A stretch of DNA of 64,000 bases from NCBI GenBank assembly GCA_964016885.1, contig OZ024742.1, positions 97,836,001 through 97,900,000 on the forward strand, given 5' to 3'. Shown here piece after piece: positions 1 to 12,743 of this stretch (position 1 is its first letter; every line of letters starts with the position of its first letter). The notes under the pieces are model-generated. The model saw only the letters and a program-made list of their open reading frames with translations. It made no database searches and was not told the origin of the DNA. The DNA is from Eledone cirrhosa. Lineage: Eukaryota. A program made the position numbers and the translations under genes.

Positions 1-1017
1 GACTCGGTGGTCAACTGGATTGGTCCCACCCGCGACAATAGTCGTTCTACATAGCCCCACAGGTCAGTGACGCCCGGGCAGTGTATGAATGCGTGCATAG
101 ATAGATAGATAGAGAGAGGAAGAGAGAAAGATAGAAAGAGAGGAAAAGAGAAAGTGAGCAGAAAAATTACTTTATCTTTTTAACACTTAATGTCCTGTAT
201 CACATGAATTCACATTAGCACGACAATCTTAAAAAGTACAAGACAGCACTATGACTACATGACATTAAAAATTAAAGTATTTAGTTTAGTTTGCTGTAAA
301 TGTTGAACATTTAAATTAACAAACCTGTTTTGTTATTTTAGATATTAAGAGGTAAATACTACTACTACTACTACTACTACTACTACCATCACCACCTTTG
401 TTTGCATTTGTGGCATATTTTGTACCTAAGTATTATAGTGGCTGTAGGATGACAACAAGAACTGGAGATAGGCATTGTTTCTGATGTCCCAGGGACATCC
501 TGGTTTGTATTTAGAGGCCTAGCATGAATCATTCCAAATGCTTTCTCTTCCAGGTTTGTTGGGTAGTTGATCATAATAGTAAAGAAGCCTGTCACATATA
601 TTCCATGCATGCATGGCAGTCAAGCTTAAACAGTTTTGGTTAATGTTTAAGCTTGATGGCTGGACTTACATGTAATGAATAATATCTACATTTTACATTC
701 ATTAAAGTGTTTAATACTAAGTAGAATAATGGTTATACTAGTCACTTAACTAGTAATGCCTGATTCATATATGTATGTGAAACATCAACAAGGAAAAACA
801 ACATGAGAGAATAAATTATAATAATGATGATTATTAGTAGTATAACACTTCATATAGTAGGAAGAGTCTTAATGTTTTAGCTTCTTTAGCTTCTTTGAAA
901 GATTGAATGAGAGTCAGAAGAAATAGTAAGATAGATGAGAATAGGAAAAGAAAGAGGAAACTTTCTTTTTCAGGAGGAACATAATATATAAATACATACA
1001 TGCACACAAACACACAC

Positions 1018-1098
<81 letters not shown>

Positions 1099-1449
1099 AA
1101 AACATACACACACATATATATAATCATATAGATATACATACACATATATATATATACATATTTATTTAAAGGTTAAACAAGGTTCAATGAATAAATCAAA
1201 GAATGAGTTTTACAATAGATTGGAAGCACTCAACAGCTATGGTTTTCCGGAGGTATTAATATTAATTCAAAATATTAACAAAAATACTACCATGACTGAA
1301 TCTTAACCATCTACTAAGTCAGGGTATGTCATGCATCATCTTATTTTATCTGATGAGGACGTACTGTTGAAGATAGCTCAGAACCTCTCAAATATGTATA
1401 ATAAAATATACTTGATCACACGAATGTCTATTTTTGTTAATATTTTTAA

Positions 1450-1504
<55 letters not shown>

Positions 1505-1599
1505 TATACATTATATATATAAAAGGTATATATTGAGTTAGAAACTCAAGATTGTCTCTCACAAGCTCAAGGAAAGAGATTTTTCTGAGCCGTAAATTA

Positions 1600-1758
1600 T
1601 AATTGAATATAAAAGAGAAATAAACACAGATATATAGACATATATGTTCAAATTGTAAGGGACCAAGATCGCTAGGATGAAAATATACTAACTATAACCT
1701 TACGATCTGAACACATATGTCTATATATCTGTGTTTATTTCTCTTTTATGTTCAATTA
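1600..1758. repeat. 61-bp inverted repeat (1600-1660 / 1698-1758) in an element between (TA)n tracts
   Basis: The arms differ by a few transitions only. Confidence 0.85.
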
Positions 1759-1759
1759 C

Positions 1760-1818
<59 letters not shown>

Positions 1819-1830
1819 ATGTAATGAAGA

Positions 1831-2560
1831 GGAAATGGTGTATATATTTTATCAAATGATTCTATGGACATAATTTATAGTATATTGCTCTGATTATTTA
1901 ATTTTATTTATTAATTCATCATTGAGCCACATCGTGGGTGGTTACCGAAAACAAATATATCTATGACTTTGTCTGGTTTGTGTATGTGTAAATCTTTATA
2001 TTTGATAATCTCCCATAGGTTGAGATGCAATTTAGGCAATATTAGGCTGCGCTTTCTAGCAACCAGCCCACTCGCCGTAAGCCACCAATCACATTCTTTC
2101 TGACTTGACCACTACCACGTCACAGTTCTTAGCCATTTTGAATTCGTTTCTGGCGGGGATCATTTAATAAAAATCTTCGTCCAAGTCAGTTTGTTTCCTG
2201 ATGATTTCGAAGCTCGAGAATTTATCCTTGATCGGATATTTCCAAAGGTGAATGAAACCCTAAGCGGTAGAAACGTAATCCTGGTATGTTTATATGCATT
2301 TTTTCTTCTAACTTTAATTTTATACCTAATTGTGTTTGGTTGACGATATATTTAATCGATTTCCACGTGCTATTGAAATGCTGGGTAAATATTCTATAGC
2401 TGCTGATCGCGAATAGATGGCTGTCGTTTATTTATCTATTATTTCTTAATAGGTGCCTTTTAATCTTATAACCTGGTTTAATTGTTTTTTTGTGTGGTTG
2501 ATGAAGCTGATTGGGAGAGTAAATGGTGTTTATCAAAAGATTCTATGGACATACTTTATA

Positions 2561-2610
<50 letters not shown>

Positions 2611-2635
2611 TATAAAGTATGTCCATAGAATCTTT
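1831..2635 (+). mobile_element. ~700-bp non-coding element with ~50-bp terminal redundancy plus a 30-bp inverted copy of its end across (TA)n; homologous to ~39851-40225
   Basis: AAATGGTG..GATTCTATGGACATA.TTTATAGTATAT at 1833-1885 and 2521-2567; inverted at 2606-2635. Confidence 0.75.
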
Positions 2636-2692
2636 ATATATATAATAATTAATATGTAAAATTTGGCTTCGTTTGTTATAAATTATAGATAT

Positions 2693-2747
2693 ACTGCTAT
2701 ATATATTTCGGTGACAGCCATCATTGGCTGTGACCTCTTCAGGCAGT
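2693..2747 (-). ncRNA. Type I hammerhead ribozyme with canonical core
   Basis: Minus strand: ACTGC-CTGAAGA-GGTCACAGCCA-atga-TGGCTGTCACC-GAAA-TATATA-TA-GCAGT. Confidence 0.85.
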
Positions 2748-2966
2748 CCGAATTGGTGTGGGAGAGACAGGTACACATGTTATTGAAGTGTGTTTTACTC
2801 CGTCAATACTCCGATATGTCCAGCTGCTGGTTGCGTTGATATTTCTCTGAGGAACTGGAATCATATCAACATATACTCAATATATATATATATATATATA
2901 TATTAGCCAGGTGGTGCTATTAAGTTAGACATGGCCAGAGCCAATACTGGCCGAAACGTATCAAAG

Positions 2967-3019
<53 letters not shown>

Positions 3020-3749
3020 TATACATATAGTGAAAAGATAACAAGGATGATTGTTTACTCCTTCATTACATTTATTCGTTGGTGACGTACGTTTCGCCAC
3101 TGATCAGCTGGTTAAATCTGTATCGATCTTACCCGACTCTGTAATCCGTGGCTCGTCAGACCCATTGTAATGTTAGTAGAAAATGAATACATGCTGTATG
3201 ATAAAGTCAGAAGTTCACATGTTGGTCAATACACACACACACACACACATATATACATACATATATATAAACGATGTCCTGTTTGCTGAACTATTAATGT
3301 ATGAGATATGACCGCAAACATATACATATATCTAAACAATGAGCTTCTACAATTTCTGTCCACCAATTCTCCAGCACAAAGTATTGTTAATCTGATGTTG
3401 CAATAGAAGAAACTTGTCTAATGTGTAATTCAGTGGGACCGATGACAAAACTACACGGTTGTGAAGCAAAACTTTTAATTACACAACCATGTCTACACAT
3501 TGGAAGCAAATTAATGCAAAACATATGTTAGTGGATTACAGGCATCTTTATTTTATGCAGAAATCATTTCTGCAGGACTAGAACAGCTTCATTCCTATGA
3601 AAACATCAAGAAAGTAAAACTATTCTCTGCATCTATGTGTCATATATATACTTTTCCAAGTGATTCACTAGATTTTATTTTCCCTTACATTAAAGATTAC
3701 TTGAACTAGAACCATAGAAAACAACATAATATGCTAAGTCAAAGTCGTT

Positions 3750-4680
3750 TCCTATATTCATATCATATTACCTCAGCTTATTTAGCAATATATCAAATGT
3801 AACAGATGAAAAAACAAGAACTAATATTGTCATTACCATATTTCTGATAAAATACATTGCATTTGAATTAATCAATGAAGCATGTTGAGGGATTTATTAA
3901 AATTATTTCAATTATTACTTTGTCATTTTAACATTAAAATGTTTTTTTTTAATATCAAATTGTGTTGTAAGATTTAGTTTATATAAGAAACTTCTAAAAA
4001 AAGAGAACAGAGGCAAATTTATGTGGGTTGGTATCGAAGAATTCAACTTAATGATGGCTACATTATTTTCACTTTTATACAAAACTTCACCACTCTAAAC
4101 GTGTTTCTTAACTGCAGTAGTCATAGATTCATCAAATAACACCACAAATATCTTTCCTTGTCTAAATTCCTTCAAATCTAAATTTATAGCTGAACTCACT
4201 AAATTTATTTTATGTAAGAGCATTTGCTTTGATGGAATCAGAGTGCCACCTTTCCAATTGTCTGTACTAGCTTCACTCAAATGATCAACAGCCATGACAA
4301 GACAAGGACATGTATCTGCTATTGCCAAACTAATTCCAGCCTTTTTGATCATTTCATTAGACTCAGAATTGTTCTTGGTCATAAATGAAGATAAATTACT
4401 GTTCTAAATCAGTCCATATTAGATTTGTGCTTAAAAGATGCTTTATCTTGAGTAAAATTGCATAGTGTACGTTGCAATGACAGAAATTATTGTACATTTT
4501 CTCATTGCTCTCTGGTTGTCTCAATAAAAATAATGCTTTTTTCTCCCATACTTCTTTGTTCTTAAAATGTTTTTACTCGTGCATTTTTAACAGGTGTAGA
4601 ATTTGAACTAAAATCTCGTAGACCTGAAATAATTACTAACAGTGGATGAGTGAACTCCTGTTATTTGAACAGCTTAGAAA
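3750..4680 (-). pseudogene. hAT-like transposase remnant
   Basis: ORF 4095-4382: SLAIADTCPCLVMAVDHLSE..FVVLFDESMT resembles the region before the first catalytic Asp of hAT/ZNF862-type transposases. Family recognition only. Confidence 0.5.
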
Positions 4681-4734
4681 ACTGAAACTAATTTTTTTTT
4701 AACAACAAAGTGTTTCTTTCTACCAACAAAAGAC

Positions 4735-5090
4735 TGCCCAAATGATGTCTGCAAGTAAAGTACAATGCTGCATGGAAGTAGACCATGGGCAGTAGTAAAA
4801 GCAGACGATATGTGGAGGCTGGTGAGAAATGGAGTGAGAATGCTTCGTTTATGAGTGGGAAGAAAGGAAAACAGGGCATAAGAGGATTCAAATGTACTAT
4901 GCACGAAAGATGACTGTGCTGGTATGGACATGTGATGCGTATGAAAGGTGATTGTTGGGGAACATGTAGACGGATTTCCCAGTAGCGGAAAAGTTTGGCA
5001 TTTGAGTCGCTCTCAAAATGTTGAATTTGACAGAGGAGATGACGAAGGAATGCAATAAGTGTGGAGAAGGTACGGAAAAGCAGACGTGAA
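4735..5090 (+). pseudogene. RTE-clade LINE 3' fragment
   Basis: Broken translation MLHGSRPWAV..RLVRN..MLR..WYGHVMRM..LKMLNLTEEMTK. Confidence 0.7.
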
Positions 5091-6699
5091 ATGATGATGA
5101 TTTCAAACGAAATACACATTCTGTGAGTTTGAATCTATTTTGAAAGTAATCTAGAAATTAGCAGGCTTTATATCAAAATAAATTTACGATTATTAAACTA
5201 ACAGTTCTAATTCGAAGATACAGCCTTCCTAAACATATTTGGAGAGTGGCACAACGTTTCATTTATACATTCCATTTTTAGCATGATTTCCATAGCAAGA
5301 TTTCCTTCCTAATATCAACCACTTTACATAGAAATCTAGCATAAATCCGACATTTTTATAATTTTTCAATAAACTAAACTTCATATTGTTGTTAAATCCC
5401 TGTATTTACAAAACCTTGATAAAGCAGGGAATTATGTGTTATTCCACAGAAAATTTAAAAGAAAAAGCAAAAACAAAATGACAAAGTAATGTAGGGATAT
5501 TTTATGGGATTTAAACGTTTTTTCATATACATTGTTAGAAAATGGATGAAAATTATCTCTAAAGATTGAATAAAAAAAAAAGGATATTTTAGAGTAAAAT
5601 ACGTGATATTAGGAAATGTGGATGGAGCAGCAAAACACGATAATAACTCATATAAGAGGATATGGACAGAGGCAGAATATTGGAAATATGGATGCAAATT
5701 TAACAAATACCTAAGGAATCATTAATAGGTATTGGCAAAGAATTAACAATGAATCTCTGAGATTCTTTCCAGATTTCAGATATTGCATGTCAGAAGGTGG
5801 CTGACGAGGTACAGATGCAGTAGTCTGTTCGTTTTATGTAACTATTTTTCAGTGTTGATTTTCTGCTGATACTATATATATAGTGGTAATAATCTCTCAG
5901 GAAAGCTGGACAGCAGAACTTCAGAGAATAACTCCCTCATCCTCATTCAAGTGTTTCGAACCTAATCCAACGTAATATTTTCATTTTCTGCCAAGGAGAT
6001 ATATAGTCAGTACTACCTCACAGAAAAGAAGCCCAACATAACTCACTTATTAATTGATGATACAGTATATGTTTTGTACAAAGTGAAAAATATTATATTT
6101 TACTCAACATCTTAAAGACAACAGTGAAACAAAACATTAAATTAGTCATTGAAAAAAATATGTGAAGGTGATGGAATGAAGAATAGAGAATGTGAACATT
6201 AGACTTCTCTTTCCTGAACTATCAAAATAAATACTTCAAAATAGGTAGGTCGTTCACACATGTCTTCTAAATTTCTTTTTTTATTATTATTTGTTCAAAA
6301 CAGATTTAAAATCTATTTTGAACATCGGAGAATCTAGTATGCAGAAAGGAAATGTTCAAAGTTTATTTTTGGACAGTCCTCTTTCCATAACATATACATT
6401 GTTTCATTTTAAGTAAATATAATTTCAGCGTGTTTTCATCTCTAGACTCCCCTTGAAACAGAATTTGAAATTAGTGAAATAAAAATATAAATTTTGTTAA
6501 GAAAAATATACATTTCTTTGCTAATATATTCTCTTCTTTTAGTTCTCACCGAATTCAACTTCAGTTTCAGAGGACCAAAGAAACGAAAGTTTTTTGCACG
6601 CATTACATAAGAGTAGCTTTTTCTAATATTTGTGAACTTTCTATGAACTTTCAGGTGATCCTATGTTTTTAAATCCCAGATAACCTCCGGTAATTATCT

Positions 6700-7420
6700 T
6701 CACTTATTTCTGTGAGGGTCGTGTGAGCAAAGACTTTAAGCACGCCTTCCAGCGGGGCCTGCCAGAAACAGTCGTCGCCATATGAACCGACTGGATCCTC
6801 AGGCAAGACCAGATGAGCTCACGGATGTTAACGAACCATCTTGATCGGGGAATACCTCCGGGTCTCTTGCCAATTGGTTCAACCCTAAAGTCCGTTCAGT
6901 GATTCTCTCTATATGTTCGCAGCATCGGAGCCAAGATCTCCCAATCAGAGAAATAGTGGTCCCACTTGGAGCTGCTCCCTGATCGCCGATCTACACATTA
7001 CCAAAAAGGCCTTCCGGAGGAGCTCCATCACGGCCACTTTTTTTGGGCATTACACAAGACGCATGACCACAGATAAATGTTGGCACGGATACCGAATTGA
7101 AGATAAAGAGTTTGGCTTTTACATCTAACTCCCTTCTGATGAAAAAAAGCTGAAACTGGTGCATTACTGAAACAGCTCCTGCAATTCTTGCACTTAATTC
7201 AGTCCCCCCCCCCCCCCCCACACACACACACTTATGAACAGGGCCACGAGATACTTGAATGTCTCCACCTGCTCCACCGAAACTACACACTCATGCAAAG
7301 CGCACTGCACAGGCTTCCCTGAGCGGAGGAGTAGTCAGTATTTGCACTACCTATTTTATTTTCTGCCGTCCAGCACTCGGCAGCAAACCTATCAAACTTC
7401 CAGTAATTATCGTGGGTGAG
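6700..7420 (-). pseudogene. RTE (Expander/Rex3-like) LINE fragment
   Basis: RRELDVKAKLFIFNSVSVPTFICGH resembles the RTE thumb-region motif KAKLSIY.S.YVP.L.YGHE. Confidence 0.65.
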
Positions 7421-7611
7421 TAAACATTGTAATAGTCGACCACAATTGGCAATATTCATAAATGAACTGGCAGAGAAGGAAAAAGTGAACTTCATCTGTC
7501 TAATGAGCAAGTTATGATCTGTTATGAAACAAAAAAGAAATCAAAGAAAATAAAATAGGAAACCAAAAACGATTGAAATAGTGAATTAATGTGAAACATA
7601 ACTATTAAAAC

Positions 7612-8230
7612 ACTGTGGATTGGCAGAGCGTCAGATAAAATGTCAGTGCTGTATTAGTTCTGGTTCTTTACGTTCTGAGTTCAAATACTGCTGAGGTCAA
7701 TGTTGACTCTTATCTTTCCTGGGTCGATAAAACAAAGTACCACTCAAGTACTAGAGTTGATTTAATCATCTTTACTCCACCTTCAAACTTTCGGGCATCG
7801 TGCCAAACTAGAAAATATTATTAAGGGCGGTGTCGGATTGGCAGTATCGGTAGAGGGTCGGACGCCATGCTTTGCAGCACAGTTACGTCCCTTTACGGAC
7901 TGAGTTCAAATCCCGCCGAGGTTGACTTTGCCTTTCATCCTTACAGGGTCGATAAAATAAAGTACCAGTAATACACTAGGATAATTGCTGGCCTTGTGCC
8001 AAAAAGTAGAAACAATTATTATGGGTAATAATGATTTCTACTTTACGCACAAGGCCAGCAATTTTGGGGGAGGAGAAAGTCGATTAAATCGACCCCAGTT
8101 CGTTACTGGTACTTTATTTTATCGACCCCGAAAGGATGAAAGGCAAAGTTAACCTCGGCGGGATTTGAAATCAGAACGCAAAGGGCCATAAATCTATACC
8201 GCAAAGCATATTATCCGTCGCTCTACCGAT
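7612..8230. mobile_element. Cluster of three tRNA-derived SINEs (7612-7822 +, 7824-8022 +, 8031-8230 -)
   Basis: A-box-like TGGCAG..CGGTAGAG, B-box GAGTTCAAATCC, body GACTTTGCCTTTCATCCTT..GGGTCGATAAAATAAAGTACCAG. Confidence 0.88.
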
Positions 8231-9449
8231 ATTGCCAATCCACGCCCTAATAGCATTATGTCCTGTTCGATTATAACATGTTCCGCCATTTACTTCTTCA
8301 AAGTATAAAGAATGGCCTGAGAGCCTTCTGAATTTTCTTGACAGTTCCGTAAAAATAATTACAGAAAGGTACTATAGTTTTGGCTAAAAGCATTATTTCC
8401 CCCTCCCAGCGAACATTTTGAATGGTTACCAAAAGATGTCCGTCATGTTACAATGAAGGATTACTGGTTTTTCTGTGACAAGTTTGTCCAGAATTCGTTA
8501 TTTAATGTCTATAAATGATATTAACGCAAATTGGGCAGATAAAGATTAACATTTACTGAGGTCCCATACACGGACAAAGATACTGACAGAATAATAAATA
8601 GCGAGTATGTGTGGATTGTGTCCTTGAACTCTTTCGATAAAAGAATAAAAGCATTTTCTAAGCAATAAAGAAAAAGATAGAGTTATACATTAGAGATACA
8701 AACACAAGTCCAGGAGAAACAAATTAATTTTATTTAAAAATGATATGAAAAAAGCAATTTATTTGGAACAGAGGAAACATATATATACAGGTATAATAAA
8801 AAACAAACCAATGAAAAGGCTTGAATGCTGTTTTTAAACCTGTTTTCCTAGATAGACAGTCCGTCGGATAAATGGATACCGTACAGACAGATGGCTATCT
8901 GTAATCGACTTAGAAAGAAATTAGACGAAGAAGAGATATGTTTAAATCGAAAAATAGTATATATAGAGAAAAATAAACAAAACGAAACTGAGAGACATCA
9001 AATAAATTTCTTGACATGTTATAACTATTATATTCACAGCTATAACTATAGAAAAAGAGCATGAATGTAAAATAAACAAAGAGAACATCTTTATACGCCT
9101 TCTATATGAAGTGAAAATAAAACAAGAAGATACGAAGGTGACAAAAAGATATTAAGAAATATGTGAGTATAAAATAAATAAAGAAACGAAATTAAATGCA
9201 ACATACATATGTAAGTTAACTGATGTGAAATAAAATATAATTACATGTAGTTAACTGCAACTATAAATTTCACAGACACAAGAAATAAGATTCGCGAATG
9301 CCAATTGACGGTTTTAAAACTTATTTCTCCAGATACGAACGCGCAAACACATTACATATGTGTGTGCATGTGTGTTGCTGCAAATACGGATAATTTAATA
9401 AGAAAAATCCAGTACATCGGATTTTTATTTTCTGTTTTATATAGAAAAA

Positions 9450-9560
9450 TGTGGCGACCGACGGAAATAAAGCTTTGTGATATTCGTTCCAGTTCTCTGA
9501 GTTCAAATCCTACCGAGATCAACTTTGCCTTCCATCCTTTCAAGGTAAATAAAAAAAATC
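9450..9560 (+). mobile_element. Partial SINE of the same family
   Basis: CTGAGTTCAAATCCTACCGAGATCAACTTTGCCTTCCATCCTTTC. A similar degenerate copy lies at ~45910-46040. Confidence 0.7.
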
Positions 9561-10246
9561 GTACCATTCTAATACTAGCATTGATGCCTCCTCTATATCT
9601 CATTCTCAGTTCATCTGTGACATACTGTCTTTCCTTCTCTAGAAATATCGGCTGTGTTCCAACGTGGAAAAGTATTGGTTTTTGCCAGGTTTAAAGACCC
9701 CAGTATTCAGCGTATGTCACGCCGACACTCCAAGGTATTCTGCAGGATTTATGGATTCATATACAATATAAAAATCTTATAAAAATTTGCCGCCAAAAAT
9801 ATCAGGCAGATACAGAGATAAGGAGTTATATATTAAATTACTGGGAGAGTACCTCTAAAGCATTGCAAATCTTCTTACACCTGTGAAGCAGACGAGACTG
9901 ATTTTCGATTAAAATATAACTCTTCAGTAACACCTTTCCAATTTTTGTTCGTTTCGTCATGGCCTCAATATGCTTTTTCTTTATTGTGCTGTGAACCGTA
10001 GAATGGTTTTGCTCGTTGTATTGGGAGGAGGGAATAGAGTTCTAAACACACATTCAATGACATAAACATTCTTTGGATATATATATATATATTATAATTC
10101 TCAGGGAAATTTAACATGACACAACGTTTAAACTGGCCATTTCTGGCCAGAATTCCCTCACCTCTGTTCAAACTGGCTGTAACCAGCCGCTCATACTGAT
10201 GTTAAGGTATTGTTCTCAAAATAAATAATATAAAAATCTCATTTAT

Positions 10247-10909
10247 CTTGTCTCACTCGCTTTACGCGTTTTAATTGTCCTAATAACTTAATTTAGTTAT
10301 TATTGCATCGATGTGAGGTATATGATTTTTAATGCAATGAAATATCTATGATCGTCGGCAAATCACTGATGAGGGACTCATTTTATTACATGTTATCCAT
10401 GTGCAACCTGCAGTATTCTTCTCCCCATTTTTTCGCATATATTTACCTAAACTGCGATTCTGTTTTTTTCTCTCTCTCTCTCTTACTGCTCCCTCGTTCT
10501 CTCTGTTTCTCCTACTTTCGCCCCCTCTGTCATGTCAGTTAACTCTTCCTCACACTTCCACTCACTGTTTCTCCCCTTCTCACTTCACCCCGTTCGCGAC
10601 GAAAACATTTTCTCTCTTTCTCACATTTGAATTCATCTCGAAAGTTCTTTTTTCTAAGCGCTCATATATTCACCTAGCTTATGCTAACAGAATAACTATG
10701 TAGCTTGTTCCCTTCCTCTCTACGGTTAGCTCTCCTCTTTGTTGTTAGCTTGTCTCACTCGCTTTACGCGTTTTAATTGTCCTAATAACTTAATTTAGTT
10801 ATTATTGCACCGAAGTGAGGTATATGATTTTTAATGCAACGAAATATCTATGATCGTCGGCAAATCACTGATGAGGGACTCATTTTATTACATGTTATCC
10901 ATGTGCAAC
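10247..10909. repeat. 161-bp direct repeats (10247-10407, 10749-10909) around a 341-bp CT-rich spacer
   Basis: The two copies differ at about 3 positions. Confidence 0.9.
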
Positions 10910-11048
10910 TATTATTACTCCAAGTGTTTACAACATAGGAATTACAGCGTACTCGCAGCATCACTATGAAAACGCCTTGTTGAGTCAAACTTAGCGAAGC
11001 GTTGATATCATCCACTACCCGGAATATATATATATATATATATATATA

Positions 11049-11617
11049 CTTGTGTATACTGGTAGCTATGGTGCTTCCATAGGTGGTATGCCAAAATTAG
11101 CACTAAATATTCATACAGAGTAGAGTGTGAATAGTATAAAAAAACGAAAAATCAGTGATCCATCTGGACTCAGTTTATTGCATGTTACAATTGTTTCGCC
11201 GCAGGTAGCTCGAGACATGATCACTGTATGGATCTGGCTGATTCTACGGTTGCAGATTCCTTCGGACACGGCACGGGTAGTTCGTTCGGAGCAAATTTTC
11301 TCACTCGATTGTTATCGTCAATAAAACCCCTTCAAAAAACATCTTTCACTCTTGTCATGACATTGGCTGTTGTTATTTGACGTAGAATAACAACAGCCAA
11401 TGGCATGACAAGAGTGGAAGATGTTTTTTTGACGATAACACCCCAGTGAGAAAATTTGCTCCGAACGAACTACCCGTGTCCGAAGGAACCTACAGCCGTA
11501 GAATCAGCCAGATCCATACAGTGATCATGTTTCGAGCTACCTGCCGGCGAAACAATTGTAACACGCAATAAACTGAGTCCAGATGCATCACTGATTTTTC
11601 GTTTTTTTTAATACTAT
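11049..11617. mobile_element. Fold-back non-autonomous element (arms 11131-11377 / 11386-11617) between (TA)n tracts
   Basis: ~240-bp inverted arms with an 8-nt loop. Same family as 56782-57068. Confidence 0.88.
11475..11565 (+). ncRNA. Hammerhead-like motif with variant core CCGAAGG and an extended domain II
   Basis: CGTGT-CCGAAGG-(~62 nt structured)-GAAA-CAATTG-TA-ACACG. Conserved in the second copy at 56849-56939. Confidence 0.5.
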
Positions 11618-12118
11618 ACATATATATATATATATATATATACACATTTTCTTTTTACTTTCCATATATAAAAAGTATGATGCTGTTCATAAAAAAAACA
11701 ATGCTTATACGTCTTATTTGATAATATGTTCATTTTTTCATATATGCTGAATATTCTGATAGAAACAAAAGATAAAATAAACCATAACAGTGACGCGGTG
11801 AGTATAGACTAGGGTGTGGTGTGCCCCATAATATAATAAAAGCAAATGAAACAAACGCATGCAACTTCATTTTATTGTCTGTTTTCATTGACAGTTTTAA
11901 AGCAAATTGCAACTGGTGTTTACACTAATGGCACCATATGTAGACTCTACAAATATTTTAATATGCGCAGGCAAAATATTGAGAACACGTTGTATCGAGT
12001 AAGGGGGCATATAATTCATAGATATTTTTTATGGACAAATAAATTTCATCCTAAATATCTTGTCCATGTGCCTGTATCTGTTCATATAATTTACATTTAA
12101 ATTCATTGAAAGATTTGT

Positions 12119-12160
<42 letters not shown>

Positions 12161-12743
12161 AGGAGGTTATAGTTCACTTGACGCATTGTGTAATGAGGTA
12201 TAAACGTTTGAATATGTGTAATAAAGCCAAAACAATGCAGGTATGGACATAGAAAAACGAATGCAATTGTAAAAGATATTGTTGACAATTCGTCCTTTAC
12301 CTTAGATTTATTTAAATGTCCTTAATTTTCGAGATAATATCTCTTCTTCAGAGGGAAATAAAAGTCTCAAACCAGCGTTCTAAAAATCTTGCCAAGCCAT
12401 GCTGACAGGAAATAGTATAGAGTATCTGTTCTATCTCTAATGTCAAAGAGTTAAAATTAGGTGGATAAAGAGTAGTCTCCCTTTAAAAGGGGTTTGTTTA
12501 GGTTTTTTTTATTATTTTAATTTTATATACATGCCTGTATAAGTGTGTGGGAAAATGCATGAAGGTGTAAGTATGTGAGTGTGTGTGTGTGAGTGTGAGA
12601 AGATAAGTCTATTCGTAAATGTGGGGGATAGGTGTTATCTGGTGTTAGAACTGGTTTTGTGTGTGTATGTGTGAGAGAGAATAAGTGGAGGTGTAAGCGT
12701 GTGTGTGGGTGTGGGGTGTGTAAATATGGGGCTAGAAGCCCTA

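Noticed and set aside
834-1145. [16 protein letters not shown] ORFs here and throughout the window
   Set aside because: Translations of dinucleotide microsatellites.
7826-7920. tRNA genes
   Set aside because: The A/B boxes belong to SINE heads that continue into a shared SINE body; no complete cloverleaf.
11131-11617. MITE / DNA-transposon interpretation of the palindromes with TA target duplication
   Set aside because: Arm lengths and turning points differ between copies of one family, arms are asymmetric, and two families match coding PLEs and carry HHRs. This cannot be excluded for 1600-1758 and 44063-44190.
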